A stretch of 64,000 nucleotides of DNA from Planctomycetota bacterium (lineage in GTDB: Bacteria > Planctomycetota > MHYJ01 > WSZJ01): positions 32,001 to 96,000 of the forward strand of contig JBBTCT010000015.1 of the NCBI GenBank assembly GCA_038060895.1, read 5' to 3'. The position numbers and the translations under genes were made by a program. Positions within the stretch are counted from its first letter, which is position 1; each line of letters begins with the position of its first letter. Of the stretch, positions 1 to 10,266 are shown one piece after another. The notes beneath the pieces were generated by a model that was not told where the DNA came from, made no database searches, and worked only from the letters and a program-made list of their open reading frames with translations.

Positions 1-465
1 GGCGCCAGTCGCGGCCGGCAGTCGCTCGAAAGCGGCCGGCGCGTGCTTCACGTAGTAAGCCTGGATCTCTTCCATGAGCGCTTCTTCCGGTGGCTTCCCG
101 GCCAGCCTGAGAATGTTCTTCATCTCGCCCATGATCCTCGGCCACTCGTCGCGGACGACCACGTCGGGCGCCGGCGTGGCGTGACACTCCCCGCACGCCG
201 CGCGCAATCCGGCGGGGCCCCGTTCGATGAAGGGCGTCACGTTGTCGCCGAAGCGCCAGCCGCGGGCGGCTGGAAGCGGTAGCGGGGGATGGTCGGGGGG
301 CTTGACTGGCGGTTCGTCGGGCGGCCTGACCGGCGGCGGGACAGGTTGCGCCATCCGGGGCGTCGGCCGCGGCCGCTCCGCAGGTTTCCTTCCCCACCAC
401 GCCATGCCCAGCGCGAGCGCCAGGACCGCCGCGATTCCCGCCGCCGCCCCCGCGCGACCTCTCAT
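1..465 (-). CDS. Membrane-anchored c-type cytochrome domain protein (N-terminal part; runs off the window)
   Basis: Not in the ORF track. Manual translation from the ATG at 465 (ATGA overlap with the upstream stop) gives MRGRAGAAAGIAAVLALALGMAWW, a Pro-rich linker, the CGECH heme motif, then WPRIMGEM. The frame is open to position 1. Confidence 0.7.
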   Translation of the reverse strand, partial: MRGRAGAAAGIAAVLALALGMAWWGRKPAERPRPTPRMAQPVPPPVRPPDEPPVKPPDHPPLPLPAARGWRFGDNVTPFIERGPAGLRAACGECHATPAPDVVVRDEWPRIMGEMKNILRLAGKPPEEALMEEIQAYYVKHAPAAFERLPAATGA

Positions 466-1211
466 TGACCGAGCTCCAGCCGCTGGACCAGCTTCTCGTC
501 GAATCCCGCCGCGGTCATCCGCTTCTGCGCCCCAGCGATGTCGTAGGCCACACGACGGAACTCGACGACGTCCTCCGTCGAGTCGTAGAGCGCCCAGGCC
601 GCCTTCGCGCACCGGTCACGGGGCTGCCCCACGCTCCCGGGGTTGATCAGGTACGCCTTCGCGTCGGCGAGCTGCACCACCGCGACATCCGGCTTCTCCT
701 CGAACTTCGCCTCCACCTTCGTCGCCGTCGCCATCGCCGGCACGTGCGTGTGGCCGAAAAAACACACGTGCACGTCCGGCATCGTCATCCGCAGGTACTG
801 GATGTTCTCCTGGTAGGCCTCGTACGTGAGCAGGTACTCGTCCTCGTTGCGCGGCGAGCCGTGGACGAACAGCAGGCCGTCGTCCGTCGCGAGCTGAAGA
901 GGCAGGCTTTTGAGGTCGAGCAGCTGGTCGGGGCGCAGGAGGTCGCGCGAGTACTCGATCGTCTTCCGCTTGTCATCCCGGCTGACCAGCTCGATCGACG
1001 TCACGCCGGTGATGTACCTCTCGTGGTTCCCGCAGATTCCCTTCGCCTTCCATTGACGCACTGCGTCAACGCACTCCACCGGGCTCGCGCCGTACCCCAC
1101 CAGGTCGCCCAGGTGGATGACCCGGTCCGGCTTCTCCTTCTTCACCGCGGCCATCACGGCCTGAAGCGCTTCGAGATTCGCATGTACGTCCGCGAGGATC
1201 GCGTATCTCAA
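462..1211 (-). CDS. Calcineurin-like metallophosphoesterase
   Basis: Motifs DVHAN, GDLVGYG, GNHE, HGSP, GHTH, NPGSVGQPRD. TTG start overlaps the nadK stop. Confidence 0.9.
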   Translation of the reverse strand: MRYAILADVHANLEALQAVMAAVKKEKPDRVIHLGDLVGYGASPVECVDAVRQWKAKGICGNHERYITGVTSIELVSRDDKRKTIEYSRDLLRPDQLLDLKSLPLQLATDDGLLFVHGSPRNEDEYLLTYEAYQENIQYLRMTMPDVHVCFFGHTHVPAMATATKVEAKFEEKPDVAVVQLADAKAYLINPGSVGQPRDRCAKAAWALYDSTEDVVEFRRVAYDIAGAQKRMTAAGFDEKLVQRLELGQ

Positions 1212-2056
1212 GGCAGCCTGGGGGTGAGCGCCCCTGCGAATCCCATTTTGTCGCGAAGGGCCGCGAACCACGCGCCGGGACCCGGGTGCACCAGGCGGAA
1301 CGGCTTTCGCGTCCGCCGGATCGTCACCACGTCGCCGTCGGCCACCGGGACGACCTCCTGCCCGTCCACCGTCAGCATCACGTCGCCGTTCCGCCGCGCC
1401 ATCTCGATCCGGATCGCCCGCCGCGCCGGCAGCACGATCGGCCTCATCGACAGCGAGTGCGGACAGATCGGCGTGATGATCATCGCTTCCAGCTCCGGGT
1501 CCACGATCGGCCCCCCCGCCGCCATCGAGTGCGCCGTGGATCCCGACGGCGTCGCGACGATCAGCCCGTCGCCGGACACGAGCGTGAACGGTTCTTCGCC
1601 GACGACGAGGCGAAGGTGGACCATGCGCGACACGGAGCCCCGGGCGATGACGGCGTCGTTGAGCGCGAGGAGGGTCCGCTTGCGGGAAGCGCCGGCGATC
1701 TCGACTTCGAACATAATGCGGTCGCTGGTGCGCATCGGGGACTTCGTGAGCTTCTCGATGGAGGCGCGGACCGTTTCGAGAGGAACTTCGGCCAGGAATC
1801 CCAGGCGGCCGGTGTTGACCCCGAGGACTGGAATGGCGTTCCCGGCGAGCCGGCGCGCAAGCGACAGAATCGACCCGTCGCCGCCGAAGAGAACGATCAG
1901 GTCGGCCCTGGCGCGCGACAGGTCTGCGGAGCCGTCGAGGTCGCGCAGGACCACCCTGAAGCGCTTCTGGAGCCACTTCTCATGCGCAGCGATGGCCGCC
2001 GCGCTGCGCTCCTTGCGCGAGTCGCCGACCAGGATGATCGTTGGGGAGCGTTTCAT
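1208..2056 (-). CDS. nadK: NAD(+) kinase
   Basis: Motifs GGDGS, GRLGFL, LNDAV, DGLIVATPSGSTAH. ATG overlaps the dxs stop (TAATG). Confidence 0.95.
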   Translation of the reverse strand: MKRSPTIILVGDSRKERSAAAIAAHEKWLQKRFRVVLRDLDGSADLSRARADLIVLFGGDGSILSLARRLAGNAIPVLGVNTGRLGFLAEVPLETVRASIEKLTKSPMRTSDRIMFEVEIAGASRKRTLLALNDAVIARGSVSRMVHLRLVVGEEPFTLVSGDGLIVATPSGSTAHSMAAGGPIVDPELEAMIITPICPHSLSMRPIVLPARRAIRIEMARRNGDVMLTVDGQEVVPVADGDVVTIRRTRKPFRLVHPGPGAWFAALRDKMGFAGALTPRLP

Positions 2057-4017
2057 TAGATGGAAATCGGTTTGGTGATCACTCCAGCCCGCTCCGCGCA
2101 CTTCGCCGCCGACCGGGCAATTCCTGTGGCATCGAGTCCCAGCATCTCCAGCAGCTTCGGCCTGGAACCGTGCTCGATGAAACGGTCCGGAATCCCGATC
2201 CTCGCGATCTTCCGCGCGTCCGCGCCGCACGTCTGCGCCGCTTCAAGCACCGCCGACCCGAACCCTCCGAGCAGCTGGTGGTCTTCCACGGTCAGCACGA
2301 ACGGCTGCTCGCCGCACAGGCGCTGCACGGCATCCTCATCGACCGGCTTCGCGAAGCGCGCGTTGACCACGGCCAGGTCCAGCCCCTTCTCGGCGAGCCG
2401 GCGCGCGGCATCGAGCGCCGGGTACACCATCGCCCCGTACGCCAGGATGGCGCCCTGCTTGCCCTCGCGCACCCACTCCGCTTCGCCCAGGCGGATTTCC
2501 TTCCCGAACAGCACGGTTTCGCCGTCGGGGACGTTGGAGCGCGGGTACCGGAGGGCGACCGAGAGGTCCTGCTTGAGCGCCCACTCCATCATGCGGAACA
2601 ACTCGTGGCCGTCCTTGGGAGCGGCGACGGCGATGTTCGGAAACGGACGGATGTAGGCGATGTCGAAGACGCCGTGGTGCGTGGGGCCGTCGTCGCCGGC
2701 GATGCCGCCGCGGTCGAGGCAGAAGAGGACGGGGTTCCGGTTGAGGCAGACCTCGTGCATGATCTGGTCGAACGCGCGCTGGAGAAACGTCGAGTAGATT
2801 GCGGCGATCGGGCGGTTGCCCGCGAGCGCGAGGCCGCTGGCGAACGCGATGGCGTGCTGTTCGCAGATGCCGGCGTCGTAGTACCGGTCGGGATATTCCT
2901 TCTGGAATTTCGAGAGGCCCGTGCCTTCCGGCATCGCGGCGTTCAGCGCGAGCACGCGCTTGTCCTGCCGCGCGAGCTCGATCGCGCTTTCGGCAAAGAC
3001 CTGCGTCCACGTCTTCGTCGGCGCCGGCGGCTTCGACGGTTCGATCTTTCCGCTGGCCTCCACGGACGCGGACGGCTGGGCCGGATTCGCGAGCTTCAGC
3101 GCCGGCGCCGCGCCGATTTTTGCGGCATGCGCCCGCTGCGAATCCGTCTCCGCCCCCGGATGCCCGTGTCCCTTCTCCGTCAGCACGTGGAGCAGCACCG
3201 GTTTGCGGATGTCCCTGACCTGCCGGAGCGCCTTCTCGACCGCCTCGAGGTCGTGGCCGTCGACGGGGCCGAAGTAGTCGAACCCCAGCTCCTCGAAAAT
3301 GTTTACGCCGTGAATCGTGTGCTTCACGCCGTGCGCCACCGTTTCGAGCACGCGCTCCATCGGCATGCCCACGAACGGCAGCTTCTCAATCAGGCTCTTC
3401 AACTCCTGCTTCGCTTCGCGGTAGATCGGCGCCGCGCGGATCTTGTCGAGGTACTTGGCAAGCGCGCCGACGGTCTGGCTGATCGACCAGCGGTTGTCGT
3501 TGAGGATGACGAGAAGCGGCTTTTTCATGCCGCCGGCGTTGTTGAGGCCTTCGTAAGCGACGCCGCACGTCATCGACCCGTCGCCGACGACGGCGACGAC
3601 CTTCCGTTCGCGGCCCTGGTGCTGGTCGCCCGCGAGCACGCCCAGGGCGGTCGAAACGGCCGTGCCGGCATGGCCGAACATGTAGACGTCCTGGGGGCTC
3701 TCGGCGGGGCATGCGAAGCCGGAGAGTCCTCCGAACTGGCGCAAGGTCCTGAAGCGCTCGCGGCGGCCGGTGACGAGCTTGTGCGGGTAAACCTGGTGGG
3801 AGACGTCCCAGATCAGGCGGTCGTTGGCGAAGTCAAAGACCCTGTGAAGCGCCAGGGTGAGTTCGACGACGCCCAGGGCCGAGCCGAGGTGTCCGCCGGT
3901 CTGGTGGGTGACCAGTTCAATTTCGTCTCGGATCTCCTGGGCGACCTGCTTGAGCTGCTCCAGGGAGAGCGGCTTCAAGTCTGCGGGGGAGTTGATGCCG
4001 TCGAGGATCCGCGCCAT
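2056..4017 (-). CDS. dxs: 1-deoxy-D-xylulose-5-phosphate synthase
   Basis: Motifs GGHLGSALG, WDVSHQVYPHK, TPP motif GDGSM..LNDN, GICEQHA, GDDGPTHHG. Confidence 0.97.
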   Translation of the reverse strand: MARILDGINSPADLKPLSLEQLKQVAQEIRDEIELVTHQTGGHLGSALGVVELTLALHRVFDFANDRLIWDVSHQVYPHKLVTGRRERFRTLRQFGGLSGFACPAESPQDVYMFGHAGTAVSTALGVLAGDQHQGRERKVVAVVGDGSMTCGVAYEGLNNAGGMKKPLLVILNDNRWSISQTVGALAKYLDKIRAAPIYREAKQELKSLIEKLPFVGMPMERVLETVAHGVKHTIHGVNIFEELGFDYFGPVDGHDLEAVEKALRQVRDIRKPVLLHVLTEKGHGHPGAETDSQRAHAAKIGAAPALKLANPAQPSASVEASGKIEPSKPPAPTKTWTQVFAESAIELARQDKRVLALNAAMPEGTGLSKFQKEYPDRYYDAGICEQHAIAFASGLALAGNRPIAAIYSTFLQRAFDQIMHEVCLNRNPVLFCLDRGGIAGDDGPTHHGVFDIAYIRPFPNIAVAAPKDGHELFRMMEWALKQDLSVALRYPRSNVPDGETVLFGKEIRLGEAEWVREGKQGAILAYGAMVYPALDAARRLAEKGLDLAVVNARFAKPVDEDAVQRLCGEQPFVLTVEDHQLLGGFGSAVLEAAQTCGADARKIARIGIPDRFIEHGSRPKLLEMLGLDATGIARSAAKCAERAGVITKPISI

Positions 4018-4208
4018 GAACGGGCCCCTACCGAAGGGAAACTCGACGCTCGGGGTGCCGCCACGGCGGCGGCTCTCCGCGTCCGTCGTAACCGTCGCGG
4101 CCCCAAAAGCTTGCAGCGACGGGCCCTTCACTTTACTCCGAAAATTGTCCGTGCGCAATCCATCCTGCTAGCATACGCGGCTCGGCGATCAAAGGAGGCC
4201 GACACGCC

Positions 4209-6185
4209 CTGAGTATCCTCGCCAAAGCTCACGAACTGGTCTTCGGGAAGCCGAAAGACCCCACCGATCCGAAGGTCTTCCACCGACTCTCGCTCATCGC
4301 CTTCTTCGCGTGGGTCGGCCTCGGCGCCGACGGACTGTCGTCTTCGGCCTACGGCCCTGAAGAATCCTTCAAGGAACTCTTCAAGGCCAACCACCAGTCC
4401 CTGGCCCTCTTCCTCGCCGCCGCCACTGCCTTCACCGTCTTCATCATTTCGTCCACCTACAACAAGGTCATCGAGGTCTTCCCGACCGGCGGTGGCGGCT
4501 ATCTCGTTGCAACGAAACTCCTCGGCGGCGGCGCAGGCCTGGTCTCAGGCGCTTCGCTCATGGTGGACTACGTCCTGACCGTCGCGATCTCGCTCGCAGC
4601 CGCCAGCAAGGCCATCTTTTCCATTCCGGTCCTGCATCCCTGGGCCCACCTCAGCCTCTGGCTCACGCTCGGATTCCTGGCCGTCCTCACCTACCTGAAC
4701 ATTCGTGGCGTCAAGGAGTCCACCCTCGTCCTCACCCCGATCTTCCTGACATTCCTGCTCACCCACGCCATCGTCATCGGATGGGGAATCTTCGGGCACT
4801 CGAAAGATCTCTCCGACATCGCAGGCGATGCCGCCACCACCGTCAGCAAGGCACGCTCGGAAGGTTCCCTCTGGATCCTCTTCACGGGATTCATGCTCGC
4901 CTACACCATGGGCGCCGGCACGTACACCGGCATCGAAGCGGTCTCGAATTCCATGAACGTCCTTCGTGATCCGAAGGTGGAGACGGGGAAGCGGACCATG
5001 CGCCTGATGGCCTGGTCCCTCGCCATCACGGCCGGAGGCATCCTCATGTGCTACCTCCTCCTGGACGTCAAGCCGAAGGGAGACAAGTCCCTCAACGGCA
5101 TCATGATTGAAGCGGTGGCCGGGACGTGGAACCTCACGCCCGGGTGGTTCGCCACGTTCGTCTTCATCACGCTCTTTTCCGAGGCCGCCCTGTTGATCGC
5201 GGCCGCGCAGGCCGGGTTTCTCGGCGGCCCGGCGGTGCTCTCGAACATGGCTCTGGACTCCTGGGTCCCGCACCGTTTCGCCAACCTCTCGGACCGCCTG
5301 GTGACGATGAACGGTGTCGTTTTGATGGCCGCCGCGGCCGGTGCGCTCATCGTCGGGACGAGGGGCAAGGTTGAAACCCTCGTCATCATGTACTCGATAA
5401 ACGTGTTCATCGTGTTCGTGCTCACGCAGATCGGGATGAGCGTCCACTGGATCAAGGTGCGCCGCCGCGTCAAGGCCTGGTGGCGGAATCTCGCTCTCAA
5501 CACCGTCGGCCTCGTGCTCTGCGCCACCATCCTGCTGTTCACCGTGATCCAGAAGTTCACGCACGGCGGCTACGTCACCGTGATCATCACCCTGGGGCTG
5601 GTGACATTCTGCCTCGTCGTGAAACTCCATTACCGCAAGGTCTCCCGCCTCCTCCGGCGCCTCGACATGGCTTTCAGGGAAATACCGGAAGCGGCCACCG
5701 ATCCCGGACTCGTCAATCCGGGCGAGGACGCGCCCACGGCGGTCCTTTTCGTCGGTTCTTATGGCGGCTTCGGCATCCACACGTTTTTCGCCATTCACAA
5801 GGCCTGGCCGCGCTACTACCAGCGCTTCATTTTTCTTTCTGTCGGCGTCGTCGACACCGCGCACTTCAAGGGAGTCGAAGAAGTCGAAAACCTCGAGCGC
5901 GAGACCGAGAACACGATCCGAAAGTACGTCCGCCTCGCGCGAGGGCAGGGGTGCTACGCCGTCGGTGAGTACAAGATTGGCCCCGACGCCGTCGAGCTGA
6001 TGATGGACATGGCGCGAAAAATGAAGAAGGAGTACCCGCAGGCCGTGTTCTTCAGTGGAAAGCTCGTCTTCCCGACCGAGAACTGGATGACGCGATTCCT
6101 GCACAACCAGACCGCCTACGCCGTGCAGCGGGAAATGCAGTTCGACGGGATGACCATGATCGTGCTGCCGGTAAGGGCGATCTAG
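4209..6185 (+). CDS. APC-superfamily permease, KimA/YdaO-like (probable CUG start)
   Basis: The frame is open 117 codons upstream of the ORF-track ATG and encodes LGADGLSSSAYGPEE and FPTGGGGYLVA. TGIEAVSN lies downstream. SD AAAGGAGG at 4191-4198 precedes CTG at 4209. Confidence 0.85.
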   Translation: MSILAKAHELVFGKPKDPTDPKVFHRLSLIAFFAWVGLGADGLSSSAYGPEESFKELFKANHQSLALFLAAATAFTVFIISSTYNKVIEVFPTGGGGYLVATKLLGGGAGLVSGASLMVDYVLTVAISLAAASKAIFSIPVLHPWAHLSLWLTLGFLAVLTYLNIRGVKESTLVLTPIFLTFLLTHAIVIGWGIFGHSKDLSDIAGDAATTVSKARSEGSLWILFTGFMLAYTMGAGTYTGIEAVSNSMNVLRDPKVETGKRTMRLMAWSLAITAGGILMCYLLLDVKPKGDKSLNGIMIEAVAGTWNLTPGWFATFVFITLFSEAALLIAAAQAGFLGGPAVLSNMALDSWVPHRFANLSDRLVTMNGVVLMAAAAGALIVGTRGKVETLVIMYSINVFIVFVLTQIGMSVHWIKVRRRVKAWWRNLALNTVGLVLCATILLFTVIQKFTHGGYVTVIITLGLVTFCLVVKLHYRKVSRLLRRLDMAFREIPEAATDPGLVNPGEDAPTAVLFVGSYGGFGIHTFFAIHKAWPRYYQRFIFLSVGVVDTAHFKGVEEVENLERETENTIRKYVRLARGQGCYAVGEYKIGPDAVELMMDMARKMKKEYPQAVFFSGKLVFPTENWMTRFLHNQTAYAVQREMQFDGMTMIVLPVRAI

Positions 6186-6191
6186 CGACGG

Positions 6192-7244
6192 CTACTTCGC
6201 GCGGCTGGGAAGCGTCACGGCGCGGACCTGGCCGTCCTGGCACGCCAGGATCAGCACGTCGCGCGCGGCCACCGCCGGCAAAGACGGGCGCGACGGAAGC
6301 GTTGCGCGCCAGACCTCGTCGCCGGTGGACATGTCGCAGCCGACCAGCGGCCCTTCGTGGTCCAAGCGCAGCCCGAACCCCCCTGCTTCGTGCAGGACGG
6401 AATGAAAGGCGGCCGTTTCTTTTCCACTCGCGCTGTCCACCACGTGCGTCATGCCCTTGTTGATCCACGCGACCGACATCCCCCAGGCCCTCGCCGTCGC
6501 GCCACTCTCGCCGCCCAGGGCCCACCGGAGATCGCCCGTTGCCGCGTCCAGTGCGACGATCGTCCCCTTTTCGCCCGTGGCGATCGCCAGTGAACCCAGG
6601 AGGCTCAACCCGTAGGTTTCCCCTTCGGTCCTGTACGTCCACTTCGCTTTGCCCGTGGAAGCATCCACCGCGGTCAGCGCATTCTTCCTGCCGTAGATCA
6701 CCACCGCCCCACCGGCCGCAGGCGACGGGTAAACCGCTTCCGCTTCCTTCACGCGCCACGCTTCCTTTCCCGTCCTGGCGTCGAACGCCGCCAGCCCGCC
6801 GTGGACAGCGCAGAAGACCCGCCCTCCCCCCGTTGCCGGCGCCCTCGTCGAGCGGAAGTCGCCCTGGCCGCCACCCACCGCCGTTGACCACAGGCGCTCG
6901 CCCGTCTTCGCGACCACCGCCGTCAGCGAAGAGGTGTTTCCTTCCAGCGTCGTCCATCCTTCCACGAACGCCACCACGTCTCCGTCTGTCGCGGGGCCCT
7001 GCGTCCCACCCTGCGTTGCGACCGACCACCGCTCCTTCCCCGTCTCAAGGTCGAATGCTTTGAGAACCCCATCAGCGACGCCGTCGGGCGGCGGTGTCCG
7101 GGAGGCGAGCACGAAGACGCTCTTTTCCGACACAACCGGGGTCGCGAGCTGATCGCACCCGGTGCCCGCTTCCCATTTCACTTTGGGCTCGGCCGTGGCA
7201 ACGAGGGCGAACAGGGAAGCGGCGAGGGCAAGTTGTCGGCGCAT
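6192..7244 (-). CDS. Secreted PQQ-like (BamB-type) beta-propeller protein
   Basis: Signal peptide and repeated A-x-D-x-x-T-G-x-x-x-W blade motifs. Confidence 0.85.
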   Translation of the reverse strand: MRRQLALAASLFALVATAEPKVKWEAGTGCDQLATPVVSEKSVFVLASRTPPPDGVADGVLKAFDLETGKERWSVATQGGTQGPATDGDVVAFVEGWTTLEGNTSSLTAVVAKTGERLWSTAVGGGQGDFRSTRAPATGGGRVFCAVHGGLAAFDARTGKEAWRVKEAEAVYPSPAAGGAVVIYGRKNALTAVDASTGKAKWTYRTEGETYGLSLLGSLAIATGEKGTIVALDAATGDLRWALGGESGATARAWGMSVAWINKGMTHVVDSASGKETAAFHSVLHEAGGFGLRLDHEGPLVGCDMSTGDEVWRATLPSRPSLPAVAARDVLILACQDGQVRAVTLPSRAK

Positions 7245-7336
7245 GGGAAGTTCCTCCTGGGGGAAACGGAGCTGATCTGACGCGTGCAAGCTACGCAAGT
7301 TCTCCCAATTCCGCGACCGTCCACTAGACTCTGGCG

Positions 7337-8143
7337 ATGCGCTTCGTCGTCCTCGCCTCCGGTTCCAGCGGAAACGTCTCTGCCGTCTGGAACGGCACGC
7401 GCGGGCTGCTCATCGACGCGGGGACCGGGTCGTCAAAGTCGATCGAGGCCGCGCTACGTACGGCCGGTCTGCGTCCCGAGGGAATCGCGGGCATTCTCGT
7501 CACTCACGCTCACTCGGACCATTTCGGCCGGCCGGCCCGCATCTTCGCGAAAAAATACGGAGTCCCGGTCCTCACCCACCGCGACACCTACGCTGCCGCC
7601 TGCCGCCGCGCCCGCGACTTTCACGGCATGGACACGCTCGGCCACGTCCGCTTCCTTACCGAAAACGCCGACCACCTTCACGACGACTTCGAGATCCGCA
7701 CCTGGAGCGTCCCCCACGGCACCGAGTCCGCGGGCCGTCCGCTCGCATTTACGATCCGGTGCAACGGACGCACGGTGTTCTACGCGACCGACCTGGGGAT
7801 GGTGCCCCCCTACCTGATCCAGGCCATGCGCGACGCCGACTTCGTCCTGCTCGAGTCGAATTACGACGAGGAAATGGAAGTCACCTCCGGCCGGCCGGAC
7901 CACCTGATTGACTGGGTGACGGGACCGACCGGCCACCTGTCGAACGACCAGGCGGCGGAAGCGCTGGCGCTCGTGTTCGAGCCGGGGCACAAGAAGTACC
8001 CGAAGCGGGTGGTGCTGGGACATTTGTCGGAGGATTGCAATCTGCCTGCGCTGGCGATCGCGGCGATCCGTCCCCGTTTGCCGGTGCACGTTGAGCTGCA
8101 CATTGCGCCGCGGTATGAAGCGAGCGCGGTGTGGGATGTGTGA
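7337..8143 (+). CDS. MBL-fold metallo-hydrolase, YycJ/WalJ-like
   Basis: Motifs LASGSSGN, THAHSDH, ATDLG, LESNYD, GHLSN, GHLS. Confidence 0.9.
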   Translation: MRFVVLASGSSGNVSAVWNGTRGLLIDAGTGSSKSIEAALRTAGLRPEGIAGILVTHAHSDHFGRPARIFAKKYGVPVLTHRDTYAAACRRARDFHGMDTLGHVRFLTENADHLHDDFEIRTWSVPHGTESAGRPLAFTIRCNGRTVFYATDLGMVPPYLIQAMRDADFVLLESNYDEEMEVTSGRPDHLIDWVTGPTGHLSNDQAAEALALVFEPGHKKYPKRVVLGHLSEDCNLPALAIAAIRPRLPVHVELHIAPRYEASAVWDV

Positions 8144-8484
8144 CTGGTCCGCTGCCTGAAATCGCCCTGAAGGACGGGGTCCTGACCGACCTCAAGTCCG
8201 AGGAATGAACGCCGCGCCGTTGTGATAGGCTGCATCCTTCGTCCTGGTTCGCGGTCCCGAGCCCACTCCCGGGCGCACCGCCCTCGGCCGTGAGGGCTGC
8301 ACTTCTCCGGGAGACCCGCCACATGTCCGGCTCGCTCCGCTTCGGGTCCCCTGCACCGGGCTCCCCCAACCGGCGTCCTGCCACGCCCCCGCCGACCGCC
8401 CGCTCTCCTGAGCCCGCGACGACCGCGCGGACCGCCCATCGTCCGGCCCGCCGGGTTCACGGCGCGCCCGCCCGGAGGAATTGC

Positions 8485-8880
8485 ATGAACTACCGCTTTG
8501 TTTTCGCCCTCGCCTTTCTGGCCGTCGCCGCCGCCGGTTGCGGTCCCGGAAGCATCTCCGTCACCAGGGGAAACAAGACGCTCACGCTGTTCGAACCCGA
8601 GGCCGCGACGGTGAAGCAGGGGGAAAGCGTGAAGGTGGAAGTCAAAATCAGCCGCGAGAACTTTACGGACCCGGTGTCCGTTCGCTTCGAGGGCCTGCCC
8701 CCGGGCGTGACGACGGACAACTCCACGACGTTCAACAACGGTCAGGACTCGATGAACCTCAATTTCCACGCGACGGCGGCCGCGCCTGCGGTGACGAATC
8801 AGGAAGTGAAGATCATCGCCGAGGCTTCGGGCGGGATGGCGACGAAGCTGACGATGAAGCTGTCCGTGAAGGCGAAGTAA
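8485..8880 (+). CDS. Small lipoprotein with Ig-like beta-rich domain
   Basis: SD GGAGG, lipobox AAGC, and an FEGLPPGVT strand pattern. Confidence 0.75.
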   Translation: MNYRFVFALAFLAVAAAGCGPGSISVTRGNKTLTLFEPEAATVKQGESVKVEVKISRENFTDPVSVRFEGLPPGVTTDNSTTFNNGQDSMNLNFHATAAAPAVTNQEVKIIAEASGGMATKLTMKLSVKAK

Positions 8881-8892
8881 CAAACCGGCGGG

Positions 8893-8916
8893 GCGGCGGG
8901 CCCGATGGCCCGCCGT
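8893..8916. terminator. GC-rich hairpin between convergent genes
   Basis: GCGGCGGGCC-cgat-GGCCCGCCGT. Confidence 0.5.
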
Positions 8917-9440
8917 CACGCTTTTGCCGGAAGCGGCGCATGGGCAGGCTTCGGCCCGCGCCATTGTTCCAGCACGAACCAGGCCGCCCCGACGCAGATG
9001 AATGCGTCCGCGAGGTTGAAAATGGGGAAGTTGAAGCAGTAGAAGTGGATGAAGTCGCGCACGGCACCGCAGGCAATCCGGTCGTGCAGATTCCCGATGG
9101 TCCCTCCCGCGATGAATGCGAGCGCCAGAGTCGTGGGCCACCTTGGCGATTTCTGGCGAAGGAAGCATCCGAAGATCAGCGGCAGGGCCGAGAGCGAAAA
9201 CGAAGCGATGACCCACCTCGCGTTTTTTTCCGAAAGCAGGCTCCACGCGATCCCCGGGTTCAGCGCGGTTTCGAACCGGAGGACGCCGGTGACGATCTCT
9301 TGAGGGTGTCCCGCGGCCGCGGGGCCGAGGCGGGAAAAGGCCTCAGATTTACTCCACAGGTCCAGGGTCGCTGAGAGCAGCACGACAGCGGCGAACGCGA
9401 ACCGCGTCCGTCGGGATCTGTCGGCTGAGTCGTCGCTCAT
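8916..9440 (-). CDS. lspA: Lipoprotein signal peptidase II
   Basis: Motifs DLWSK, NPGIAWS, GGTIGNLHDR, VRDFI, FNLADAFI. Confidence 0.93.
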   Translation of the reverse strand: MSDDSADRSRRTRFAFAAVVLLSATLDLWSKSEAFSRLGPAAAGHPQEIVTGVLRFETALNPGIAWSLLSEKNARWVIASFSLSALPLIFGCFLRQKSPRWPTTLALAFIAGGTIGNLHDRIACGAVRDFIHFYCFNFPIFNLADAFICVGAAWFVLEQWRGPKPAHAPLPAKA

Positions 9441-9648
9441 GACGTTCTCGATCCTTCAAGAGCCGGTCTGGTTGCGATTCGGGCACCCGTGCGGAGAGGT
9501 GGATGCACGGCAGTTCCATTTGAAGATTCCAAAAAAGCCGGCGGATTGTCGCCGCCCGTCCGGATTGGCGAATTTGATTGAATGCAGATCGCGCTCCGGG
9601 TCGTTATGATTAATGGACTTAAGCGACCCTCATTCTCAGGGAGAAACC

Positions 9649-10239
9649 ATGCTGATCGTCATCGCCGTAATCTCCGCGCTCGCCGGCGGAATCCTCTACT
9701 CAAGCCTCTTCGAGTGGACCCTTCACAAGTTCGTCATGCACCGCCCCATCCTCGGGTTCCGCTACCCGTTCAAGGCCCACGCCCTGACGCACCATCGCAT
9801 CTTTTCGTGGGACGCGACGTACTTGCTTCAGCGAGACGAGGACCTGTCGAACGTCACCTTCGCGTGGTGGAACTTCCCGGCGCTCCTCGGGATCAACGCC
9901 GTGTTCGTCGGCGGTGTTGCCCTGGCCATCGCGGGCGGCCTGAACGCCTACTTCTGGACCATCGGGCCCGTCGCGCTCGGCGTCCTCGCCGCCTATTACT
10001 TCACCTACGAATACCTGCACTTCTGCATGCACGTCCGCACCGGCAGGTGGTTCGAGAACACGGCCTGGTTCCGCTTCATCGACGACCATCACCGCATGCA
10101 CCACCGCAACCCGCGCAGCAACCTGAACGTCGTTCTGCCGCTGGCGGACTTCCTGCTCCGGACGAAGGCGCCGGGGCTCGCGCCGGTTTACCGGCTGGCG
10201 GCGGAAGCGCGGCGCGATTCGATCCTGAGCGGGCGGTAG
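9649..10239 (+). CDS. Fatty acid hydroxylase/sterol desaturase family membrane protein
   Basis: His boxes HKFVMH, HALTHH, HFCMH, HHRMHH with TM segments. Confidence 0.85.
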   Translation: MLIVIAVISALAGGILYSSLFEWTLHKFVMHRPILGFRYPFKAHALTHHRIFSWDATYLLQRDEDLSNVTFAWWNFPALLGINAVFVGGVALAIAGGLNAYFWTIGPVALGVLAAYYFTYEYLHFCMHVRTGRWFENTAWFRFIDDHHRMHHRNPRSNLNVVLPLADFLLRTKAPGLAPVYRLAAEARRDSILSGR

Positions 10240-10266
10240 CAGCGAGGCCGGGGCTTCCGCGGGCGG

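Noticed and set aside
4020-4200. c-di-AMP (ydaO) riboswitch upstream of the KimA-like transporter
   Set aside because: I could not find the conserved GCUGAAUC, GGGGUGAAUC or CCCGUCAGCUAAC segments.
8144-8480. tRNA or other structured RNA in the intergenic gap
   Set aside because: No cloverleaf, T-loop (GTTCRA) context or recognisable RNA family motif was found.
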